From: Euprymna scolopes
Lineage: Eukaryota
Strand: one strand, 5' to 3'
DNA length: 64,000 bases
Assembly (NCBI GenBank): GCA_053919585.1
Contig: CM132784.1
A program made the translations under genes and the position numbers. The notes beneath the pieces are model-generated. The model saw nothing but the letters and a program-made list of their open reading frames with translations. It was not told the origin of the DNA and made no database searches. Below, piece by piece: positions 28,601 to 40,329 of the stretch (the stretch's first letter is position 1; every line of letters begins with the position of its first letter).

Positions 28601-30962
28601 ACTGCGAAACAGATAAAGCAACAACCTCAGCAGCAACAGCAGGTACAACCACAGACCAATAACTTGCATTCAGCTATGGGAGAAATGCTAGACATGTCGC
28701 CCAAGAAGAAAGCAAACTCGCTTAAAGCACTTCGTATGCCGACAAGGGAACAGTTAAAGCTTGCACATATCATTGAAAAACGTCGCGGCAAGAAAAACTC
28801 CTCTGTGTCGCCATCCTCTTCTCCATCAGCGTCACCTGCCATGCCAGGCACACCTAATAATTTAACTCAGGTTGTGAATGAGAGTGATAAGCCAAAGGAA
28901 AATGTTTTTGTCAATGAACGACGGCGCGGACGGCCACCTAGTAAGTATAGCAGGGTTTTAGTTTAAATTATTCAGATTTTTTATGCTATTATTTTCATCT
29001 TGGTTATTTTCATCTTGGTTGTTATTTTCATATTCCTGCTGATGTAATCTTCAAACTTCATACAAATGCAATGATGAGAACCAAAAACTATATATAGTGG
29101 ATTAGAACATCAATAAAAAAATAAAGAGGATTAGAACATCAATAAAAAAAATATAGTGGATTAGAACATCAATAAAAAAAACTGGATAAAGATATTAACA
29201 ATCACTTGAATGTGACAAGTTTTCTGGAGGATGATGGTTTGATCCTTACTCTGACGTTGAAATTTAAGAATGACTTACTTCAAAAATTAATTAACACTTC
29301 TATTGAGTCATGGCTAATAAAACTATAACTGTCTATCTCCCTGTGAATTAACGGCCCTGTTGGTGGGGCATTAGAATACACTGACTGCCCCTCTGCAGAG
29401 GGTAAAAGTCCCTCAATGGGGGTCCTGGATATGACAAACTATAGCCAGTGATGAGGCCCCAGCTTGTGGACTTTGGGGAGTGTGGAGCCACCCTTTAATT
29501 ACCATTTCTCCCAGGTCCACTCTGACCCGGAGTGGTAGTACCTGTTAGGGTTCCAACTATGGGTTAAATAGAAACCGACTTGAAAACAACAAATATGTTC
29601 TATTAAAAATTTTTTCTTCAAAATCTTTGGATGCGGCATTAAATAACCCGAAAAGGGTTGATATGCCGTAAAACAAACAACCAACCAACCAACCAACCAA
29701 CCCTGTGAATTAAAAGTTCAGTTTGAAATTTTTCATTCCAGAATTCAACATGAAGATGCACAAATTAAAAATAAGATCACCTGAAGAATGTTGTGGTTAC
29801 ATCAGCTGAAACGTTATGATAATAACAAAAATGAGAATAGCAGTCAAAGTAATGCAACTTATCAAACCTCATCTAAAAAAAAAATTCTCAAATAGAATAT
29901 CCAGGTTGTTAAAAGCAACTACAAGTCCCAGAGTAGGAATTATTAAGCACACAATCAGCATGAATTATCAAACTGATATGTATATATGCTTATTCAATTA
30001 TATTTTACCTTTTATGTATACCATCCTTTTATTTATGACACTCGATGTATGTTAAATATAACTACTGAATGTATACAAATAAATGTCAAAAAGTCTGTTT
30101 TAAATTCCAAGATATTCATCTTGCTGTTTCTTTCATTGTGTTAAAATGTTCAGTTCGTGACAGCACCTCATTCGTAGTGCAGATGCCAATTTTTGAATAT
30201 TTTTCCACCTTGACTCATCAGAAGAATAAAAACTCGTTAAAAAGAAAAGAAGAATTTAGCCATGATTACATGAATCTGAAAAATTTGATGAATGATTGCA
30301 ATTGTGTTATGATATTTATGCCATGAAAACCAAAATAAATAAATATTTATATGATTTGTATACTCTTGACGCGATGAAAATATCACATTTGAAAAATCAC
30401 ATAAATTAATCAAGTAGTTTTATTTTTAAGTAAGAAAATCAAATTTTATGAATATCTGAGGAATGACTTGTCTCACTTGCCATTTTGAAAACAATTTATA
30501 GAAACAGAGGAAGATAACTCGATAATTCATACTTGTAATGCCTACATAAAAACTACTTGATCAATTTACATGATTTTTGGAATATGATATTTTCATTTCA
30601 TCATAGATACATGCATCATACATATTTTTTCTTTTATTTTGTGTTTTTTGATATCGGAGGAATTCTGGATAAGAGCTGTACTTTTTGACCAATCCACGTG
30701 ACTCTTAAATGGATAAGAGGATATAATCACACTGACTAATTCATGAATACCTTATAAATTCCAATAATAAGTCCTACTAGAGGGTTCCCATGTTTGAAAA
30801 AGTGTATGAATAAAGACAGAAGTTACACGACAGTCAAACATCTTGAAGATGAGGCTAAATAATCCAAAGTATCCATCCTCATCTTAAAAAATTTTTAAAA
30901 ATAAAACAATTTATGAACTTGAAAAAGTAATGATTTTTAGTTTTTAGATTTAGGTTAAATCT

Positions 30963-30998
<36 letters not shown>

Positions 30999-33900
30999 GT
31001 GACCAAGAAATTTCCGCAGATTCCTGTAGATTGTGTGCCAAAAACCAAGACGTTTCCAGCTGAAGGGGATCCTGCACGAATTGTAGACATTCCTGTATTT
31101 TATCCAACCGAAGAACAGTTTCAGGATCCATTGGCCTACATTGAGTCCATCAAAAAGGAAGCTGAGCCATATGGAATGTGTAAAATAGTTCCACCCTCAT
31201 CCTGGAAGGTAAGAAATCATTTCAGTTTGTGTAATTATAATTTATTACTGACCAAGAAAATTCTTGTAAGAAAATCTAAAGCATAATCTTATTAATTCAA
31301 TATGGCTGCCAGCATTCATCACTAGCTTCTCAAGGTGCCTGGGGATCGCTTAAACTGATTTCACAAGTAATTTTTTTTCGTTTTTGTTATTTTTTCAATT
31401 ATTATTTAATAGTATTAATATTATTCCATTTAACATTTATTGTTGGCTAATTTTTGACCTTGAAGCAATAGTTTCTTTTCTTTTTTTTTTCTTAGTTCTT
31501 TATATCAATATCAAGTAGCTTTATGTCTTGTCTGGAACAATTTCTATAAAAAATATATTAGTCATCACTTATCAAGAAAAAAAATGCTCAAAAGTAAGGC
31601 TTCATGAGATTGAGAAGTTGAATGTTGTATATCTACTGAGAGGATTGAAGTTCCTTGTGAAACCTGTTTATGTGGTTTCCAGGCAGGTGGACAAGTAAAT
31701 CACAAATGCTAGCAGCCATATTGAATTCTATACAAAACTTGTTACTTGTGTGGAATTTGAACTAGATGTAACTAACTGGTCGCTTGACTTTACTCTGAAC
31801 ATGACGTCAATCACCAGCTTTTGCCGAGTGTCGCCAATTATCAAACCATAACAATGCTACTCAAGGAAAATACTTAATAAAATATATAAATAAAATCAAC
31901 AGAAGAAAATATGTATACATAACAGAAATAAGAAAAAGCAACAACCTACCATAGCAATTTCTGTTTTATTTTTGTAACAATTTTTTGTAAAGTGAAAAAA
32001 ATCAACAAGTTGTATTTCTATTTATTTTTTTGTCAAACAAAATTAATGAAATAATCAAATTTTTTGTGTTTTTCATATTTTTTTTAACAAAGGTTTTAAA
32101 AAAAAAAAAGCATTTATTTTATCTTTTCATGTACTTTTAAAAATTTTTTTTTCATTTTTTTTTTTTTTTTTTTTTTTTACATTTTTGTAACTAAAGTAAT
32201 CTTTTATTTTGCTTTTCATGAACAATTTTTTTCCTGTTGAGCTTGGCTGGACTGAGCAACCATTTATTTATTTATAAAATAAATTTTAATTAAGGCAGCC
32301 GGAATATTCCCTTAGGATTAGGTAGACTTTTCTACGATGTCAAAGTTGGGTGAGAAGAAAAAACAGATGTGGAAGAAATTTCGCCAACCGGGTATCTTTC
32401 TGATATATGGTTTAAAATGGAGACATCTTCCATTGTCTGCAACTGTTGATCCAAGGTGGAGATATTTGGGAACAGCCATTTGAGGGTGTGCTGTTTAGTT
32501 AATTTATTGATTTGTTTTTTCTTACAATATTTTCCACAAAGCTTGTCTGCACCTTTTCCGCGCATTGATTGACCGATCAGTGTCTTATGTTAGATTAGTC
32601 AAACCCGAGCACATGACTCCATATTCCGCACAAAATCGAGCGGACGGTTAGTTACGTCTAGTTCAAATTCTGCACAAGTACCAAACTCTTAAACATTTTT
32701 GGTTCTTGTTTACAATTCCCCCATATTAAAAAACAAAAATAAAGAAATATCTGTATGACAAAACGAAAATATCATATTCCAAAATTTATGTAAATTGATG
32801 AAGTAATATTACGACATGAATATACCTTTTGTTTCTTGACATTAGTGGGCATTTCTCAGATACTCATAAAATTTTATCTTCTTGATAAAATCAAAACTAA
32901 TTGATCGATTTACATGATTTTAGGATATTATATTTTCGCTTTGATACAAGTACATATGTCCTTCACATTTTTCTTTATTTTTCTTTTTAATATAGAAAAA
33001 TTCTGGATAAAAGCCCAATATTTATTTTTAATATTCATTGTGTGCAAATAGTTATATTATTTATCCCTTCTTTAAGCGGTTAGACATAAAATCAAGTGTT
33101 AGTTTAATGAAAATGTTGCAATGGAATAAATTGGATTAGAACTTGGCACACCCAGGTTTTCAATCTATACCGTTAACCACTTAGCCAATGGCATTGCGTG
33201 TAAAGAGTTACATTTCCAATCACTCTGTATATATAAAATTAAATTAAAGAATAGGAATATTGGAATAACTTTTGGGTATGGCATAAAATCGAAGTCACTG
33301 GTGAGGTTTAAGTGTGGAGTAATGGCTAAGTTTACATGACTGGAGTTGAATACCTGTCATGGTGCCATTTATTAATTAAATGGAATCTGCTCTTGGTATG
33401 ACCTTAACCTACTGTTGATAAATCTACATCAAGAATATCTACAGAAAGCTAACATCATTAATACATATTAATAATTTTAAGCATAAAATCAAAATGACTA
33501 TTTTAGTATTAAATGACTTGAAAAGGGTTGATATGCCACAGTGCAAACAAAAATTCCACTCAATGAAGATTTGTTGAAATTGTATTCATTATTTGTGGAT
33601 ACCTATAAAAAAGTGCCCCCCCCCCACACACACTTATCCCGTAATATTTATTTTTTATTGCCCTAAAAATCAGACATATTGCCATTGAGATGTAAAGAGC
33701 TACTGTGATTATGGAGTGGTGGACATCCTATATGGGAAGTTGTGCAGCTAGATGTTTGTTTACATTACATTTAAATTTCTGCATGTTGGCACAATCGGAG
33801 GAAATAGCAAGCAGGAAGGAAATTCCAAAGGCAAAGATTTCAGAAAAGAAGCTATTGGAGTAAAAGGTTTTATGACATCTGTAGACCTCTGCAGTGAAGG

Positions 33901-35553
33901 GGTGTGATTTTGCTGTTACTTAGGTTGGTCAGGAATATTTATTTTTAGAGGGTATAAATGAAATAAATTCACATTTATGATGCATCTTTATACAACAGAA
34001 CCAAACTGTTTTCAGGCGATACAAGTGCAGACTATTTCACTCTATGGCAAGAGGAAATCTTGTGATTCCACAGTCCTTGTAAGCATGGTTATACTCTTCC
34101 ATCATAAATAATACTGGGGGGGGGGGGGTGCGAATACTATGAATGCCACATTATATACATAATTCCCAATTCTTGAAATCCAACCAGATTTGGCACAAAT
34201 AAACTTCAGTCTATATCTGACTTGTTCACCAAGTTTCTTTGAATGTCCAACAGTCTTTTTTCTTTTCTTTTTTTTTTTTTTTTTTTCTGTTGAATCTATA
34301 AGAATAAAAAGGTTTATGAATTTTTTTTTTTTTACACTTTGCCGAAAGTGGTGCTCCAGGTTCTTACACAATTGGTCATCCAACAACGATTCTATCATGT
34401 CGGCTCACATGTTTATAACGATTTGTTATAATGAAAAATGAAATGATTAGGTTTCTACCAAAATCAGAAAATTTCAAAACAATTTTCCAGAATATTTTGT
34501 GTCTGATGTTTTTCTTGTTACTTTATCTTTTCAGAATGAAAGTCGAATAAATGAAGAAATGAGGTTCACAAGTCAAGTGCAATACATAAATCGAATGTTT
34601 AAGAGGTACGTTTGATTTCCTCTCATTTACTTATGTATACACATGCATCCTCATTTACATATATCTCTACTATTATATAAAAGGAACTTTGTGTGTGAGT
34701 TCGTTCCCTATAGATTCTGCAATAGCTGGGCTGATTTTTTATGAAATTTCCCACAAATGTACTTCATGTATCTGGTACAGTTCTTAGATAGGTTTTGTAT
34801 CGGAATGTCTACAGTAAGTATCGATAATAAAAAAAAAATCCGATGAAAGAAGGAACAAGCGATTTTGACCAAAGTTAACACCTTATACAGCCTAACATCA
34901 CAAGTGCATTTGAGAAGTTCTATTACCACACAAGCAGAAAGGTTCAGCATATAAAATCAACAGTAGTTTCTTTTATATGAGAAGGACATGTTCGAAATGT
35001 ATGGTTCTGTTCAGAGCACAATTGATCCATGATACTTGATTTTTGCATTTGAAACTTTAAGCTGTGATCTATAAAATATAATTTTATAAAATCGACTGTT
35101 TCTCTACAGTGCAATATAGACTATGGATTGTGGACTAGGTTACAGCGGGGAGGCATGTGAATCTTCGTTCCAATAGACTGCGATGTGTCCCCAACTAGAG
35201 CCGTCACTCAATCAATTTGAATGAAAAACGGGCTATTTCACTGATTTCGATGACAATAAAAGTATGTAAGTGTGAAACATTATTGATTATCATTCAATCT
35301 CGTACAGCGTCACGTCTCTCTGCTGAAATATATATGGATATATAGAGTGTCAGATGCTTCCCAATTTTTAAAGTTATTCAAAAAATAAAATCCATATAAA
35401 CTTAGGATTTCAAGTCCTTTGTTAGAAAATTCCTTTGCTAGTAAATCGATTAATTTCTTGCAACCGTCAGATTAGTTTGCTTCCAAGAATTTATGCTAAT
35501 CTCAATATTATTGTAGAGCTCATCAGTTGTTCACAATGAAACTTTTTCGGGGA

Positions 35554-35595
<42 letters not shown>

Positions 35596-38500
35596 ATATA
35601 TCATAAAATTTAAGAAATGTTGAATCTTACCAGTCCCAGGAGTATTTTTTAGGTTTTTAGTTTTAGAAGAGGCTTTTGGTGGAGCCATTGTTAGGAAAAC
35701 CAGTTTAGATAATACCGTGTTAGAAAGTAAGAAAAATTGCTACACAAGCAAAATAGTGGGTACGAAAGTTCACAAAAAGAGATATTTTATATATGTTTAA
35801 AATAAAATGGAAGTTTACTTTTTTTTTTTTTTTTCTTCATCATTTTCTTCAAGCTAGGAATGGAACATCCTATTGGATGCCAAACATTCACCCACTAACT
35901 CGGGTCTTCCAACCGAGAGATCTTTTTAAGATTCTGACTGCAATTGTTTGAATTTCTCTTCTTGCACTTGGTTCACCGGGTATAACTTGCCAGGTAGTTT
36001 TTGAAATTCTTTTTCATGAGTCCAGTTGGTCCTATAATAACTGGAATGAAAGCGATCCTCTTAAGATTCCAGTTTCTTTTCATGATGTACATAAGACGGT
36101 ATTTTGATATCTTTTCCTTTGTTTACCTAGATTGCGAAACAGAATGTTTGTTCATAGTTTGAAAATCATTGCAGAACAAGGGAGATTCATTAGCTGAGAT
36201 AATTAGGAAATTATTTAACAACGCAGGTCAGAAAAGGTGTAATCAAAACTTCCCCATTCGATTAAAAATCATACTTTATTTTTGTTATACCGGCCTTCCT
36301 TGAACAGGAATTTACACCGATTAGCACTATAAATAGTGCTAGTAATTCTAGCTCCGAGGAGAGAGATGCGACTACACTTCAACTGCCAGCTGAGTGCCCA
36401 GCAGATATACACGCTTTCCTATGTTTGTACATTTTTGTTAATACACTTGTTCCTTAACCGAACACCGACTTGATTGTTCTTATTTTCACTGTTGTTCCAC
36501 GACACAACAATTTTATTCATTCCATTCATTTCTTTTAATCCTCTCATTCAGCTGTTCGTCTACCTCAATTAACCTTGAGATATTCTTGAGTAGCTTTTAT
36601 CCTTAAACTAACGAGGGGTACCCGGCGTTGCCCGGGTGTTTGTAGGTGTGTGTGAAAAAAACCCGAAAATGTGAAAAAAAAAACAGGTACCAGTGAAAAA
36701 AAAACGAAGCCTTGACGACGCGCAGTTGGAAAATAGTAAAGTGTGAAAAAAAAAAACAGGTGCGCGTTTTTGATTGATGTGACGGCGATAGCTATTCAGC
36801 AGTTAGCATTTTGTGCAGGACAGTTTTTAATGAGGTCAATAAATCGGTTTGTTTGTTTTTAAAAACCTGCTCCCTGTTTATTAGGGGGAGCGTTTCATCT
36901 CGAAATGAAAGCTACCTTCTGATATGACGAAGTCGACATTGACCAAACGTTATTTAGCTCTCTAGAGACCACTGGCTTTCGGCCAGTTGTATTTATTTGC
37001 TCCCCCACCGAGCAAATTAGGCACAAGGCCAATTTTTAATGTGAGGAGTCAAGGGAGGGGGAAGGGAAAAAGGGGACCAGCTCCCGAGAGGAGGGAAATG
37101 GGAGCTGGTTAAAGGTCAAGGTTGCCCCCACATCTGGTCTTTGCTTGTCATAGCTAGTCCTAGCTAGTCATAGGTTGCAGTATCTGTCGGAACAGATACT
37201 ACACTTTGATCTTGTCGCCCGGGCCCCGGAGGGCGCGCGGGCAAGTGGCTTTTGGCCAGTGATTAGAGTCGAATTTCACTTTTTGTTTATACTGAAAACT
37301 GAATGTAACGCGTGCAGATGCGGGAAATGTCGAATAATTAACATTTGAAAGTCAATAAAATTAAATAGACAGGCGAGCTCCGTGATTAACTGTGAGATAT
37401 TACAATTTATAGATGATATAAAAAGTTTTAAGAAGTTGTGAAGCAAGTGAGCGCTTCTCTGAAAGAAGCCTTTTGTGGACATCGAGGAAAAGCGTACATA
37501 TATACATGCATTTTCGCTTTTATATTTATAGATGAGAACTCATTCTTTTTTAAATTTGCAAAGGTTATTTATTTTTTTTTGTATATCTTTCTTTGCAGAT
37601 GGGGACCAAATGTCCAACATATGGAATGTATTCAAAAGCATCTTTCTTCTGTTGGGATTGAACTTGTCCAGCCACCTTTGGTTAGTTTAAAACCATTTTT
37701 TTTCATACTTTAATTAACATTTAAAAAAATAAAATATCTATAACTTTTTACTATTTATATCTTCTATGATGAATATTCTTGTCACCTGATGCTAAAAAGG
37801 CAACGTTGCTGTTTATTCTTTAGGCTACCATTTTAAAATCTGGAAAAGTTGCACGTGCAGGCTGATTCACCACCTATACTTAAAAATGAGTTGCTAGTGT
37901 ATATTAGCAGGTTTAGGAGGAGTCTAGAGAGTTAATCTTCAAAGAATCTGCACTGTGAATCTTGGAAAACTTAAAAATATGTGGTCTGAATGTTGTATAC
38001 TGTGTTTATCTGATTTGTTCTGTATACGTCTGCGAAATGGGCAATGGATTCGAATTCTATAGTTTGTGTAAAACAAACTGGCAGATTTCTAATTGCAAGG
38101 ACAAATTCAGCAATGGAAGAGCTGGAAGTCATTGATATGAAGAAAGTTATCCAAGTAAAAGATGAGATGGTTCCCAGGAGTATTTTTTAAGTTTTAGCTT
38201 TAGAAGAAGCTTTTGGTAGAGCCATTGTTAGGAAAATGAGTTTCTATAATATCACTGTGTGAGGTAGAGCTCTTGGGAACCATCTAAACTTTTACTTAGT
38301 TCCTGCCTTGATAGAGTTCAAAATAGACTTCGTAGCTTAGTGGGGGATGCCCTTTTCTGTTCCTTGCAACCTCTTTCCCACAGAAGAGATGTTGCGAGCC
38401 TGTCTCTGCTTTATTGTTATTTTCATGGCAAGTGCTTGTATGAGCTTCAATCTATGATCCCCCTTTGCCAAACTTTCAGGAAAAACACTCGTCTAGCCAA

Positions 38501-38845
38501 AACCACTTTCAATAATTTCCTACACTCTTTATCTGTGCCTAAACCTAAACGTAGATTATATGAACAAAGCTTCTTTCTTAGAACTGCACGCCTGTGGAAC
38601 TCTCTTTTGTTTGCGTGCTTTCTAGCTGACTACAATTTGATTGTCTTCAAGTCCAACGTAAACAAATTCTTGATAAACCGTCCCCCTAAGTAATCCAATT
38701 TACAAAATTCCCACTACTTATGATTAATCCCATTGACTAATGTATACTCATTAACCCTTATCCTCGAGTGGCCTCCGGGCCTTGATAAGTGGTGGCTCCT
38801 TTGTTTTTAAAAAAAAAACATTTTTACAGAGCTAATTCTCTATTG

Positions 38846-38891
<46 letters not shown>

Positions 38892-40288
38892 GATTTCAAG
38901 TTAAAAAACAATGACTTGGGTGCTATCAGCAAGAATTGAAATCATTTAGCGCTCCAGCCATGTCTCCTCTCATTTGAGCTAATCTGACAGATAAAATAGA
39001 TTTCAAATCAAACCACTTCAAACTACCTTTTGAATTTGCGTATCAAAACAAAGATTGTTATAAACTATGGTGCATGATTATTGCTTCCTGTTAATTTCAT
39101 TGTTATGTGACCAGTAGTTTAAGAGTTTATTGGTTAAATATTTACACACACACATATTTCCATACAGGAGAACTTGAGTGTCTAAGATCTCTCTGTACAG
39201 GGGTTTGTCAGAAAAACCTGGCATGAGGATATTTTTCCCTAAAAATAAACCCTGGCCAAATATTCCAAATAACATAGTATTCGCTGCCCAAAATAAGATC
39301 TCCTCATAAAAGCTAACTCACATTCGCTTTTATGAGGAATGGTGCATTTTCTTCAAGTGATGTAACCACAAGTAATAGCACGAAGTTGGATACTCCACCA
39401 GACTAAATAAATCCTTGTTCTGGAATCCAGTAAGACCAAAATGAAAGATATACTACAACATATGAAAATGGTTAATTGGGGAGAGGAAAATTATGTTCTC
39501 AATTTCTTTCAAAACTCAGTGTTTGAGAGATAAAGAACTTAAATGGAACATTCGAATATCTATGTATCTCATATAGAGTTCAAGTGGGGTCCCTTGATTT
39601 CTGAGAACTTCAACTGAAGTAAAATAAAACATACATTTACTGTTTTATTTATATAGATCACAATGTAGTGCTCCATATTGAATAACTCGGTGTACATTTG
39701 AAAGATATCATTGGACAGCAATAAAATCATTGGGTATAGACCTTTGTTTATTTCTACCAAATATGGTTGGCTTGCAGAAGTTATTGTGAATTCATAGCTG
39801 CCATCATCACCCTATATGTAAAATAAGATAATTAAATTTCAAATCGAATCTAGCCGATGTTGATTATCTCTAGTTTGGATTTTGTAGTTTTATCTTGCAT
39901 CTAAAATGTTAGCTTATCATAGATTGAGCTGCAAATAAAAATATAATGGAATCTAAATATTCCTACGAGCTGTCTGATATTAATTTTTCATTTTATCTCC
40001 CAACTGCATTTTTTTTTTTTTTTTTTAAATAACGAAAAAATGACGGAAAATTATCTGCTTTCTTTTACTTAAAAATTTTCCATGACTTTTTTTTGGAAAT
40101 GGTTTGTTTCATGAGATTGGCTTTTTTTTGTCCGTCCAGGTTGGAGGTGTGGAATTGGATTTATCCCGTCTTCATCAAAGCATCAAAGAACAAGGTGGAA
40201 TGCAAACGGTAATGGATAAGAAAAAATGGAGCAAAGTTGCAGATATGGTAAAGATTCCAAAACAAGTAAGTAAAAATGAATCTATATG

Positions 40289-40329
<41 letters not shown>

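Noticed and set aside
28140-28851. Antisense ORFs over the large exon (also 2990-3468 and 24904-25295)
   Set aside because: Expected shadows of low-complexity coding sequence.
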